From positions 1,792,001 through 1,856,000 of the forward strand of contig CBDETY010000003.1 in assembly GCA_965243025.1 (NCBI GenBank): DNA of 64,000 nt. Direction: 5' to 3'. The position numbers were made by a program, and so were the translations under genes. Source of the stretch: Candidatus Latescibacterota bacterium. Its GTDB lineage: Bacteria > Latescibacterota > UBA2968 > UBA8231. Under the pieces are notes generated by a model. The model saw only the letters and a list, made by a program, of their open reading frames with translations. It was not told the origin of the DNA and ran no database searches. Positions within the stretch are counted from its first letter, which is position 1. Every line of letters starts with the position of its first letter. Positions 25,778-35,766 of this stretch are shown here, one piece after another.

Positions 25778-27235
25778 ATGACCACGGCACCGGTTCTTGT
25801 CGGTCTTTGCCTTTACCTGTTGACGATGCTTGGCATCGGCCTGTGGGCGAGCCGGCGCATCACAGCCTCGGCTGACTACATAGTCGCCGGCAAGCGTCTG
25901 TCCCTCCTGCTGGCGACCGGCACCCTTGCGGCAACCTGGTTCGGCGGCGGACTCTGCATCGGCGCCGCGAGCGCTGCCTATTCGGGCGGATTCCTGGCGG
26001 TCATCGCCGATCCTTTCGGTGCCGCCCTGTGCCTCTTCCTGGCCGGCCTCTTCTACGTGCGCCTGCTGCGGCGCATGGGCCTGATGACGATCGCTTCCTT
26101 TTTCACCAGCCGTTTCGACGGCCGAGCGGGATTGCTGGCGAGCCTGTGCACCATCCCCGCGTACGTCGGCTGGGTGGCCTCGTTGATGGTGGCCTTCGGC
26201 AGGGTCCTGCAGTCACTGACCGGTTTCGATCCAACCACCGGCATCCTGCTGGCCGCCGCGGTGGTGTTGATCTATACCTGGGCCGGGGGCATGTGGGCGG
26301 TCACCCTGACCGACTTCGTTCAGCTGACCATCCTGACCGCGGGAATGCTGATCATAACCCCGATGTTGCTGGCGGAAATGGGAGGCTGGTCCGCCATCGC
26401 CGCGCGCATTCCAGAAGAGCGGTTCGACCTCTACCCCCGAGATGCCGGTGCTTCCGGCTGGTTCGCATATGCCCGCGACTGGCTGGTGATCGGCCTGGGC
26501 AACCTCGCCGGGCAGGATCTGGTGCAGCGCTCCCTTTCCAGCCGCGACGAACAGGTCGCCTGCCGCAGCGCTTACCTCGCCGGCCTGATCTACGTCACTA
26601 TCGGGCTGTTGCCGGTCCTGCTCGGGATGGCGGGATCGGTCATCCTTCCCGGCCTCGCCGAACCGGACCTGGTAATGATGGAGATCGCCTCCAGGTACCT
26701 GCCCGCGGCGGCGCTGGCGTTGTTCGCCGGCGCCCTCGTCTCCGCCCTGCTCAGCAGCGCCGACAGTGCCTTGCTCGCCCCAGCCAGCGTGATCGGCTGG
26801 GACGTGGTCCGCTTTTTCAACCCGAAGGCGTCGGAGAAAACCTCCCTTCGCATCGCCCGCCTTTCGGTGCTGCTGCTCGGGGCGATCTCACTCGCACTCG
26901 CCCTCCACAAGACCTCGGTCTACGACCTGATGGTCGACTCCTGGTCGGTGCTGCTGGCCACGCTGTTCGTGCCCCTCACGGGGGGGCTCTGGTGGTCGCG
27001 GGCCAACGCCACCGGTGCGCTGGCGGCGATCGTCGTCGGTCTGGTCTCCTGGCTCCTGTTCATTGTCTTCCTTCCGCAGCTGCCAGGCGACCTGCTCGCC
27101 GTGCCATTCGCCGCGGCGGCGCTGATTGGCGGAAGCCTTGCAAGCTCCCGGGTTCCGCGCCCCCTGGTCGATGCCGAGGGCCGCGTCCTGCCTCCGGGCA
27201 ACCGGTTGGGATGGCCATTCGGAAATCCGCAGTAA
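25778..27235 (+). CDS. Sodium:solute symporter family transporter
   Basis: DYIVAGKRL, ATWFGG, GGMWAVTLTDFVQ, SALLSSADSALLA; about 13 TM segments. Confidence 0.92.
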   Translation: MTTAPVLVGLCLYLLTMLGIGLWASRRITASADYIVAGKRLSLLLATGTLAATWFGGGLCIGAASAAYSGGFLAVIADPFGAALCLFLAGLFYVRLLRRMGLMTIASFFTSRFDGRAGLLASLCTIPAYVGWVASLMVAFGRVLQSLTGFDPTTGILLAAAVVLIYTWAGGMWAVTLTDFVQLTILTAGMLIITPMLLAEMGGWSAIAARIPEERFDLYPRDAGASGWFAYARDWLVIGLGNLAGQDLVQRSLSSRDEQVACRSAYLAGLIYVTIGLLPVLLGMAGSVILPGLAEPDLVMMEIASRYLPAAALALFAGALVSALLSSADSALLAPASVIGWDVVRFFNPKASEKTSLRIARLSVLLLGAISLALALHKTSVYDLMVDSWSVLLATLFVPLTGGLWWSRANATGALAAIVVGLVSWLLFIVFLPQLPGDLLAVPFAAAALIGGSLASSRVPRPLVDAEGRVLPPGNRLGWPFGNPQ

Positions 27236-27369
27236 TCCGCGGTTCCGCAACCCGGGCAAGGGCCCCGTTCATTGCGGGAACAAACTGCTCCGCAAAACCC
27301 ATACGGCTCGTCCACCGAGGTGGCGGACAATCGCCGCACAAAGGAGGAACCGCCTTAACGCATGTCTGG

Positions 27370-28036
27370 CAGCACATGCCCGGTTTACACCGCAGCTTCC
27401 ACGGCGACCGCAACGAGGTGACCAACGCCCCCTGCGGCAAGTTCCTCGAACATGCGTGGGCATCGGGGGACCAACCCTGCCCCATCCGGAACGACCGGAG
27501 CCACCGGAATACAACCAGGACCTGATGACCGGGGATCTCGACGGCGACAACCAGCCTGCGGTCTGCGTTTCCCGGTACAACCCCCGCGGCTGCTTCCGGT
27601 GGGCGGGCAAGCGCCTTCCTGCCGAAGGGGAGTGGGGGTTTGCCGCACGGGGGGTGATCCTTGCAGAAAGTATCCCCGGGGAGGGGGTGAACCGGACGAC
27701 GACGGGATCTGGCGGGCGAACTGCCAGCCGGCTCGGGGACGGGGCACCGGCGGGTACCGTTGGTCCGCTCCTGTCGGATCCTTCCCCGACGGCGTCAGTC
27801 CCCCCGGCCGGCTCGACATGGCGGGGAACGTCGAGGTGTGGATCCAGGACTGGCGCTACCCCTGCTGTTTCCCGCTTGCCAGGGAAAACCGGAATCCCAC
27901 CGGCCCTGCAAACGGGCGCAACAAGGTCATCGAGGGAGGTTCGTTCGGAACCGGCAAATGGCCAATCCGGGTCGCCGCCCGCATCTACGGCCGGCCTGCC
28001 GGCCGCAGCGTTCGGCTTGGGTTCCGCTGCGCCAGC
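27370..28036 (+). pseudogene. Degenerate formylglycine-generating enzyme (FGE-sulfatase/SUMF1) domain gene
   Basis: Family motifs spread over three frames: DRNEVTN; QPAVCVSR...WAGKRLPAEGEWGFAARG; YPRG...APVGSFPDG...DMAGNVEVW...GGSF...LGFRCA. At least two frameshifts; no intact 5' end. Confidence 0.78.
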
Positions 28037-28057
28037 GGTCTGCAGGAGGAGTCTGCC

Positions 28058-28540
28058 GTGAGTGGCCGGAACCTCGAGCCGCACCGTGTAGGGGTAATCG
28101 CCGATACCCACGGTTTCTTCGATACCAGGATTCCCGAACTTTTCGAGTCGGTCGATCTGATTCTCCACGCCGGGGACGTTGGAGGGCGGGATATTCTGCG
28201 CAAACTTTCAGGGACAGCCCCGGTCGTTGCGGTCCGGGGAAACGTCGATCCCGGAACCGACTGCGACGATCTCCCTGAAACCGCCTGGGTCAGCATCGGC
28301 AAGGTCGACATCTACATGACCCACATTCTCACCCCACCGCGCCCTGATTCACCCCCGCCCGTCCAGGCTCGCCTTGTCATCTTCGGGCACAGTCACCGGC
28401 AGCACCTGTCGGAATGCGGCGGGACCATGTATTTCAACCCGGCGAGCGCGGGAAGAAAGCGGTTCACGAATCCTCGCTCGGTCGGAATGCTGACGGTTGC
28501 CGGGGAGGACGTGACCGCGGCCTTCCTGTCCCTGGACTGA
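28058..28540 (+). CDS. Metallophosphoesterase (YfcE/MJ0936 family)
   Basis: GTG 28058 after AGGAGG; IADTHG, HAGD, VRGNVD, FGHSH, FNPAS. Confidence 0.88.
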   Translation: MSGRNLEPHRVGVIADTHGFFDTRIPELFESVDLILHAGDVGGRDILRKLSGTAPVVAVRGNVDPGTDCDDLPETAWVSIGKVDIYMTHILTPPRPDSPPPVQARLVIFGHSHRQHLSECGGTMYFNPASAGRKRFTNPRSVGMLTVAGEDVTAAFLSLD

Positions 28541-28668
28541 CGGGGGAACCCGCAGTCCCGATGAATGGGTTGACAATACCCCTTCAGCACCAAAAACTAT
28601 CTTTTGCCGGCAACTTTCGTCCGGCCAGCGATTTCAACCCCGAACGACAGCGAACGAGGAAAACGACG

Positions 28669-30078
28669 ATGAAAATGCACGCAGGAGGCAGATGGATCGA
28701 CAAAGCGGAGAAGATCGAAGTCCTGAATCCCTTCGATGGTTCGGTGGTGGACACGGTCCCGAAGGGAGACGCTTCAGACGTCGACGCGGCGATCACCACC
28801 GCCGCAGAAGGGGCCAGGATCATGGCCGCGATGCCGGCGTACGAGCGTTACCAGATCCTTCACAAGGCTTCGGAAATCATGACCGAGCGGCTCGAGGACC
28901 TCGGGCGCACGATCACCATGGAAGAGGGCAAGGTGATTTCCGAGGGCCGCATGGAGGCCGCCCGTGCCACCGAGACGATCACCCTGTCGGCCGAGGAGGC
29001 AAAACGCCTCACGGGAGAAGTCCTTCAGCTCGACGGGGCCTCGAACGGAGCCGGCAAATTCGGGTTCACCATCCGCATCCCGGTCGGAGTCGTAGCCGCG
29101 GTCACGCCCTTCAACTTTCCCCTGAACCTCGTCTGTCACAAGGTCGGCCCGGCCCTGGCGGCCGGGAACGCCGTCGTCGTCAAGCCCGCAACCGACACCC
29201 CGCTGTCCGCCCTCAAGTTGACGGAAATCATGCTGGAGGCCGGGGTTCCTTCCGAGGCGATTCAGTGTGTGACCGGATCGGGGGGGGTGATCGGGGACGC
29301 TATCTCCCGCGACCCCCGGGTGCGCAAGATTTCCTTCACCGGCAGCAGGGACGTCGGCGAGCACATCTGCCGCCAGGCAGGGATCAAGAAAGTCACCATG
29401 GAGCTCGGTTCGAACGCCCCGGTGATCGTGATGGACGACGCGGATCTCGACAAGGTCACCGACGCCATGGCGATGACCGGATTCGCCAACGCCGGACAGG
29501 TCTGCATCTCCTCCCAGCGCGTCCTGGTCGACGACGGGGTGTACGGTGACGTCATCGATTCGCTGAAGCCCAAAGTGGAAGGCCTGGTGACCGGCGATCC
29601 GCTGGAGGATTCGATGAAGATGGGGCCGATGATCCGCGAGTCGGATGCCGCCCGAGTCAACGAGTGGATCCACGAGGCGGTAGGCGCAGGAGCGACGCTG
29701 GTCACCGGGGGCGAGCGGACCGGCACCCTTCACCAGCCGACCATCGTCGCCGACGTGAAACCGGAAATGCGCATCTCCAGCGAAGAGCTGTTCGGCCCTG
29801 CCGTCGCCCTGACCCGGGTAGACGACATCGACAGGGCCATCGCCATGGCCAACGACAGCAACTACGGCCTCAGCGCCTCGATATTCACCGAAAACGTCGA
29901 CCGTGCCTTGAAATTTGCCAGGGAGGTGCATTCCGGAAACCTCCATATCAACTTCGGCACGGTCTGGCGCGCGGACATGATGCCGTACGGCGGGGTCAAG
30001 GACAGCGGCATGGGCAAAGAGGGCCCGAAATACGCCGTTGAAGAAATGACGGAAACCAAGATGGTGGTCTTCCACTAG
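28669..30078 (+). CDS. NAD(P)-dependent aldehyde dehydrogenase (lactaldehyde dehydrogenase-like clade)
   Basis: TPFNFPLNL, FTGS, MELGSN, GQVCIS (catalytic Cys), EELFGP, PYGGVKDSG. Confidence 0.93.
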   Translation: MKMHAGGRWIDKAEKIEVLNPFDGSVVDTVPKGDASDVDAAITTAAEGARIMAAMPAYERYQILHKASEIMTERLEDLGRTITMEEGKVISEGRMEAARATETITLSAEEAKRLTGEVLQLDGASNGAGKFGFTIRIPVGVVAAVTPFNFPLNLVCHKVGPALAAGNAVVVKPATDTPLSALKLTEIMLEAGVPSEAIQCVTGSGGVIGDAISRDPRVRKISFTGSRDVGEHICRQAGIKKVTMELGSNAPVIVMDDADLDKVTDAMAMTGFANAGQVCISSQRVLVDDGVYGDVIDSLKPKVEGLVTGDPLEDSMKMGPMIRESDAARVNEWIHEAVGAGATLVTGGERTGTLHQPTIVADVKPEMRISSEELFGPAVALTRVDDIDRAIAMANDSNYGLSASIFTENVDRALKFAREVHSGNLHINFGTVWRADMMPYGGVKDSGMGKEGPKYAVEEMTETKMVVFH

Positions 30079-30248
30079 GGCCCCGGGGCGCCGGGGCAAC
30101 TGACCCCGGAAAGTCCGGTGGCTTGAATAGCCGGGGCATGGGAGATTCGAAGGTCTGGCGTTTCCCTGCGGGCAGGGAAGCGGGGGACAGGGCAATCCCG
30201 GTCCCGGGCTCGACAACCGGTAGTTTCCCGCGTCCCGCCGGGAACATC

Positions 30249-30282
30249 AATGGGGGCTCCTTCCAGGAGCTCCCATTTTTTT
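30249..30282 (+). terminator. Intrinsic terminator between convergent genes
   Basis: AATGGGGGCTCC-5 nt-GGAGCTCCCATT followed by a T run. Confidence 0.75.
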
Positions 30283-30286
30283 CGGT

Positions 30287-31132
30287 TCAGCCTCCTGCCC
30301 TGTGCAGAAATGCGGTCCGCAGGCGCCTGGCAAGCTGACCTGGTCGGCCGCATCCGATGGTTGTGCCGTCGATTTCGACTACCGGCAGCACCTCGGTCGC
30401 GGTACCGCAGAGTAAAACCTCTTCGGCGGCCAGGTACTCCCCGAGAAGGCTGAACTCCTCGCGTACCGGGATCTCCAACCCGCGCGCCAGTTCGAGGATT
30501 ACCTCGCGGGTTATGCCGGGGAGAATGTGCGGGCCCGGAGGCGCCGTTTTCAGGACGCCGCCGACAACGCAGAACGAGCTTGTCGACGCACCTTCCGTCA
30601 CCCTCCCCGCCCCGTCGACCAGCAATACCTCGAAAGCGCCGGAGGCCGCGGCTTCCTGCTTGGCCAGGACGTTGGGCAGCAGGGACACGCTCTTGATGTC
30701 GCACCGTCTCCAGCGCTGATCCTCCGAGGTGATGGCGCGCACGCCGCACTTCCAGAGTCTTTCGTCCGGCCGCAGGCATTCCCTGAAGGTCATGACGACG
30801 GTGGGAGCAATCCCGGGCGGGAACTCGTGCCCCCGCGGGGCGACTCCCCTGCTGACCTGGATGTAAATCAGGGTCTCGAGGAATCCGGCGCGCTCGATCC
30901 CCGCGGCAATCGACTCTGCAGCCCCCTGTGCGACGACGTCGTACCGGATATGCAGCGCGTCGAGACTGCGCTGCAGGCGGGCGAGGTGCCGTTCCAGCTC
31001 GAACGGCCTTCCGCCGTAGGTCGCCAGGACTTCGTACACGGCGTCGGCAAACTGAAAGCCGCGGTCTTCGACCGGGACCACGGCCTGTTCGAGAGGCAGG
31101 AATTCCCCGTTGACAAAAGCGATTTCGGGCAC
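30287..31132 (-). CDS. PLP-dependent class IV aminotransferase (D-amino-acid transaminase-like)
   Basis: EDRGFQFADAVYE, RGVAPRGH, CDIKSVSLLPN, TEG, ILPGITR. Confidence 0.88.
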   Translation of the reverse strand: MPEIAFVNGEFLPLEQAVVPVEDRGFQFADAVYEVLATYGGRPFELERHLARLQRSLDALHIRYDVVAQGAAESIAAGIERAGFLETLIYIQVSRGVAPRGHEFPPGIAPTVVMTFRECLRPDERLWKCGVRAITSEDQRWRRCDIKSVSLLPNVLAKQEAAASGAFEVLLVDGAGRVTEGASTSSFCVVGGVLKTAPPGPHILPGITREVILELARGLEIPVREEFSLLGEYLAAEEVLLCGTATEVLPVVEIDGTTIGCGRPGQLARRLRTAFLHRAGG

Positions 31133-31159
31133 AGTCGGAGAGGTTCCGGCAGGGCGGCC

Positions 31160-31924
31160 TCAACAGGGCTGCAAGGCGGTCCAGAGAGCCCTGTAGTACC
31201 GCATCAGGCGCACCGGGTCGGAGCTCCCGGGGATTTCGGCGAGACAGAATCCCCGGTAGCCCGATTCCGAAAGCAGTTCGAACAGCCGTCTCCAGGGGTA
31301 GTCGTTCCAGAGCTCGGTGATGTGGACCAGGCGGATATCCTCCCGCAGAAGGTCGAAATTCCGGTCGATCGACCCCTCCTCGACGTCCTGGGGGTTAGAA
31401 TTCCAGCACACGAAAAGGTTGTCGGCGTCTGCAAAATCGAGGATGGCGCGGATGTTCCGGGGCTCGCAGGTGACGGGGCCGTGCACCTCGAGCCTTATCT
31501 CGACTCCGGCGTCGCGGGCGAAATCCGCACATTCCGCGAGTGAGCGGCCTATCTGCTCGAAAGTCCGCTCCCGCGGCACGCCCTCTTCGTCGTGAACGCG
31601 GTTGGGTCTCACCTTGACCCCGGCAGCCCCGAGATCTGCTGCGAGACGGACGTACTCCTTGGTTCCCTCGATGTTGCGGCGCACTTCCGCCGGGTCGACG
31701 GCGTCGTATTCGAAGGCCGACCCCAGTCCGGCCAGCTCAACCCCGGAATTCTCGAAACGGGCGCGGACCTCGGCGCGCTCCGCGGTGGAAAGCCCCACCT
31801 CGACCCCGTGGGCATGGGTGGTGCGCAGCTCGACTCCTGCGAAGCCGGTATCCTCGCAGTTGGCGATAATCGCCTCCACGTCCCAGTCTTTGGCCAGTTG
31901 ATATGTCACGAGACCCAGCCGCAT
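31160..31924 (-). CDS. Sugar phosphate isomerase/epimerase (xylose isomerase-like TIM barrel)
   Basis: GVELRTTHAHGVE, IRLEVHG, VCWNS, VHI, LAEI pattern. Confidence 0.82.
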   Translation of the reverse strand: MRLGLVTYQLAKDWDVEAIIANCEDTGFAGVELRTTHAHGVEVGLSTAERAEVRARFENSGVELAGLGSAFEYDAVDPAEVRRNIEGTKEYVRLAADLGAAGVKVRPNRVHDEEGVPRERTFEQIGRSLAECADFARDAGVEIRLEVHGPVTCEPRNIRAILDFADADNLFVCWNSNPQDVEEGSIDRNFDLLREDIRLVHITELWNDYPWRRLFELLSESGYRGFCLAEIPGSSDPVRLMRYYRALWTALQPC

Positions 31925-32595
31925 TACATCCTCCCTTCATCGGCAGTCCGAAGCAGCCAGCCCACGGCGTTGTGCAGGAGCAGCTGCACCATCGGGTGTT
32001 GCAGGATTTCCAGGGTGTGGCCGTTCGCCAGGTAGGCGACGCGCCCGTTCCCATACTCGTACGCCCAGCCCGCCGGCGATTCCCTTCCGTCCCGCCCGAT
32101 GCTTTTCAACAGCAGTTCAACGCGCTCGTAGTCGAACCAAAGGAAGTGCTGCTCGTCGACGATCTCGAAATCCGAGACGCCCGCGGAAACGGGATGGTCG
32201 CGGTTTACGACCCGAACCTCGAAAGGCAATACCGGAGGATGCCCCTGGAAATAGCCGCCCAGGACGCGCCGGTAGGGCCCGCGCCAGGGATAGGCCCACC
32301 CGGAGTTGTGCAGGGGCAGGAAGCCGCCTCCGCTGCGCACGAAAGCCTCGACAGCCTCTTCCTGAGCCGGGAGCATCCAGACCTCGTGCGGCTCTTCGTG
32401 CCCGTTGGGCCACTCCATGCCGTCGCGGAGAATGGCGAGCACCCGCTTGCCCTCGAGAAGCCTGCTGTCCAGGCTCTCGAAATCGGTTGTGTACTCGACG
32501 TCGAGGCCGGCCGACTCGAGCGCAGGTCCGACCCCCGCAAAGGCATCCTCCGCCTTGTGGTAACGATCTCCGGCCAACAGTATCGCGTCTGCCAT
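31924..32595 (-). CDS. ThuA-like (class I glutamine amidotransferase-like) domain protein
   Basis: FVRSGGGFLPLH, HPP, DEQH, YGNGRVAYLANGH. Confidence 0.8.
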   Translation of the reverse strand: MADAILLAGDRYHKAEDAFAGVGPALESAGLDVEYTTDFESLDSRLLEGKRVLAILRDGMEWPNGHEEPHEVWMLPAQEEAVEAFVRSGGGFLPLHNSGWAYPWRGPYRRVLGGYFQGHPPVLPFEVRVVNRDHPVSAGVSDFEIVDEQHFLWFDYERVELLLKSIGRDGRESPAGWAYEYGNGRVAYLANGHTLEILQHPMVQLLLHNAVGWLLRTADEGRM

Positions 32596-32765
32596 GCGGG
32601 CATTCTCCGGTGGAAGGATGGATATCTTACGGCAATCGCTTCTCTATTCAACCCGGCCCGTTCGTGAACCAGCACCCGGATTTCCTGCTGCCCCACAACT
32701 GCCGCGGAACACAGCCCTGCCCGAAATATCCTGACGGCCTCCGAAAGAAGAATCGGACAGGACCA

Positions 32766-33491
32766 CTATCCAAGCAGGACGGCGAGGATTCCCGCCCCAG
32801 CGACAAGTGTCAGGGCGGCCGACCGGTAGGACCGTTCCGAAACCCGCCGCTTCAGCCGCACTCCCGCGAGGAAGCCGGCCGCGATTCCGGGCAAGGAGCA
32901 GGCGCTCAGGGCAATCGTATCGATATCAAGCAGACCGCCTGTACGGAAAACCAGTGCGATGGAGAAATGCAGAATCAGGAAGTAACCGATGAGATCGGCT
33001 CTCAAGGCGGTGTGCGGCCATCGCTGCTTGAGTCCCAGAAGGACCACCGGCGGGCCGGTCATGCCGCTGACCCCACCCATCAAACCGCTGAGCAGACCGG
33101 CGCCGCAGGTGGCAAGGGTTGGCCTGGCAAGGGGTTTTCCCGATTTCAGCGCCATCATCCCGGCCCCAGTCAGGGCAACCAGGCCCGTCGCCGTGCGCAT
33201 GAAGTCGGCGTCGAAGGTCGCGAGAACGTAAACGCCCGCAGGTACGCCGACCATGGCGCAGACGTACAGGTGCAGAACCCGGCCTGGGTTGATTTCCCGA
33301 ATGGAATTGACCGCGAGCAGAAGGGACAGTGGCAGCCAGCTGATGACCACTACCGGAACAGCCTGGTCCGGGGGAAGAAACAGGATGGTTATCGGCGTTG
33401 CGATCATCGCAAAGCCGAACCCCGTAACCGAGACGACCAGGGCTGCAAAGGCGAAGAGCGAGTTGAGAAAGACGACTGTCGAAATGTCCAT
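32766..33491 (-). CDS. Sulfite/sulfonate exporter TauE/SafE family protein
   Basis: VTGFGFAM, GVPAG, GGVSGMTGPP repeat motifs; about 8 TM segments. Confidence 0.85.
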   Translation of the reverse strand: MDISTVVFLNSLFAFAALVVSVTGFGFAMIATPITILFLPPDQAVPVVVISWLPLSLLLAVNSIREINPGRVLHLYVCAMVGVPAGVYVLATFDADFMRTATGLVALTGAGMMALKSGKPLARPTLATCGAGLLSGLMGGVSGMTGPPVVLLGLKQRWPHTALRADLIGYFLILHFSIALVFRTGGLLDIDTIALSACSLPGIAAGFLAGVRLKRRVSERSYRSAALTLVAGAGILAVLLG

Positions 33492-33851
33492 CGAGGCTAT
33501 TGAGGAAGACCGCAATCGGAGCGGCGGAAAGACCCGGATCCCTGGCTCGTTTGGTGGAATTTGCGGTCTTTCGCCGACCATCCCCGCGGCTGCCCCCATT
33601 CAACCCCCATCCGGCAGCTTCGTTCACAGGGGTTCATGGGCGGATGGCTGAATCAGTTCCGGCCAAGTGTTCGCCAAATGCCGCCTGCTCCACTGGCGAA
33701 ATAGCGTTGGCGTGGGCTGCCGCGCCAGCAAGGGACGGTCCCGGAAGGTCGGGGGCCCCGACCGCGCATCTGAATCGAATTCCGCGCGCACCGACCGACT
33801 GCACCCGGTCGGACTGTTGTTTCCCGCTCGCAGGTCTGAACTTATCACATC

Positions 33852-35612
33852 ATGAATGTGCAGGTGGAAACAGTCAGTCTTGCAAGGGCGAGGGAGATTT
33901 CCCGGACTCTTTATCCGCATCAGGTTGAAGGCCTCGCGTTCCTGCTTGGCCGCAGACGCTCGATACTCGCCGACGACATGGGTCTGGGAAAGACCCGCCA
34001 GTCGATTCTCGGGCTGACCGAGGCCACCGAGGCAGGACCGTACCTGGTCGTCTGTCCGGCGTCGGTCAAGAGAAACTGGGTGCGTGAGATCCTGATGGTC
34101 CTTCCCGAAGCCGAGACGCATATCGCCGGCCCGGCACCGGTACCCGAACCGGGCTTCGGCGGCTGGTTGGTTCTCAACTACGACATTCTTCACCGCCAGG
34201 TCGACGCGCTTCTGGCACACGACTGGAAAGCGCTGGTGTTCGACGAAGCCCACTACCTCAAGAACCACCGCTCCATCCGCAGTCGAACGGCGACGCGCAT
34301 CGTCGCCGAGGCCGCGGGGAACCCGGTCGTTCACGCCCTTACCGGGACCCCGCTGACCAACAGGCCCCGGGACCTGTTTCCCCTGCTCCAGCTGGTCGGC
34401 CACTCGCTGGGACGCAGCTTTCTCTCCTTTTCCCGGCGCTACTGCAACGGTCACAGGAACGACTACGGGTACTGGGAGTCTTCGGGTGCCAGCAACGTCC
34501 AGGAGCTGTCGGTACAGCTTCACGGCACCATGCTGCGCCGCACCAAGGCGGAGGTTCTCGACCTTCCGGCGAAGGTGCGGACCTGGATCGACATCGACGT
34601 CCCCCAGCGCGCCATCGACCGCATGAACGAGGCGGTCGCGCGGTTTCTCGGGCCCGATGCGGAGCGCGACCGCCGCGGTTACAGGATGGGGATCGGCCAG
34701 CTCCAGGGCGCCCGCCGAATCATGGCCGCGGTCAAGGCGCGACAGACCCTTGAATTCGCCCAGGGAGTTGTCGAACAGGGTGAGAAGGTCCTCCTGTTCT
34801 CCGGGTTCGTGAACCCCATCGAGCGTTTCGCCCGGCACTTCGGGAAACAGGCGGTGGTTGTTTCCGGGGAAGTGCCGCAGGCGCGACGCCAGGCCCTCGT
34901 CGACCGTTTCCAGGAAGAGGAAGAGGTGCGCGTGTACGTCGGGCAAATCCACGCGGGGGGGATGGGAGTCAACCTGACCGCGGCCAGCCAGGTGGTCTTC
35001 AACGACCTCGACTGGGTGCCTGCCAATCACTTCCAGGCCGAAGACCGGGCCCATCGCATCGGACAGACAGGCACCGTCAACGTAACCTACATCGTAGCCA
35101 GGGGCACGATCGAGGAATTCGTGCGCACGGTCCTGGAAACAAAAGCCCGGCTGGTCGACGATGTCGTCGAGGGCCGCTCTTTTGCGCCCGACCTCGATAC
35201 CGACGTCCTCGCCGAACTGAAGCGGATGCTCAAGGTCCTCGGAGGGCACATCGAGACGGTCGGGGGGGACCTGTCTGCGGATGACCTGCTTTCCCGCCTG
35301 CGGGAAGCGAGCAACGCCTATCTCGAGGATCAGGGCCGCCTGCAGCCTGGACTGCGGGCGGCTCTCACCCCGGTTTCGGACCAGGCGATCCGCGCCCTGG
35401 CAAGCGTGCTGACAGGCCCGCGGAGACGGCTGTTCCGGGCCCCCAGCGCGCGGCAGGAAGGCCGCTTCTACAGCCTCGAAGTCGTCGGAACGGACATCGC
35501 CTGCGAGTGCAAGGGGTTTTCCTACCGGGGCACCTGCGCCCACGTTCGCGAGCTGAAGGCCTGCCTGGTCGCCGGCGCGCAGCTGCCGGACGGCTTCGAG
35601 AGAATCGAGTGA
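33852..35612 (+). CDS. SNF2-family (SF2) ATPase with C-terminal SWIM-type zinc finger
   Basis: LADDMGLGKT, DEAH, LTGTP, QAEDRAHRIGQ; C-terminal CECKGFSYRGTCAH. Confidence 0.9.
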   Translation: MNVQVETVSLARAREISRTLYPHQVEGLAFLLGRRRSILADDMGLGKTRQSILGLTEATEAGPYLVVCPASVKRNWVREILMVLPEAETHIAGPAPVPEPGFGGWLVLNYDILHRQVDALLAHDWKALVFDEAHYLKNHRSIRSRTATRIVAEAAGNPVVHALTGTPLTNRPRDLFPLLQLVGHSLGRSFLSFSRRYCNGHRNDYGYWESSGASNVQELSVQLHGTMLRRTKAEVLDLPAKVRTWIDIDVPQRAIDRMNEAVARFLGPDAERDRRGYRMGIGQLQGARRIMAAVKARQTLEFAQGVVEQGEKVLLFSGFVNPIERFARHFGKQAVVVSGEVPQARRQALVDRFQEEEEVRVYVGQIHAGGMGVNLTAASQVVFNDLDWVPANHFQAEDRAHRIGQTGTVNVTYIVARGTIEEFVRTVLETKARLVDDVVEGRSFAPDLDTDVLAELKRMLKVLGGHIETVGGDLSADDLLSRLREASNAYLEDQGRLQPGLRAALTPVSDQAIRALASVLTGPRRRLFRAPSARQEGRFYSLEVVGTDIACECKGFSYRGTCAHVRELKACLVAGAQLPDGFERIE

Positions 35613-35766
35613 CGGCCCGGCCTCTACAGACCGGAACGAAAACCGGGACCATGTCATTTCACGATACAGACCGCACGACCGCGGCCGCCGCGTGCGAACG
35701 GCGCCCGGAACCGATTGCGCCAGTCCGGCGCCCAAACCAATCATGCGACCTCGGGAGATTCGGAAA

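Noticed and set aside
27370-28036. Diversity-generating retroelement target (FGE-type C-lectin fold)
   Set aside because: No reverse transcriptase or template repeat in the window; changes are spread over the gene and include frameshifts.
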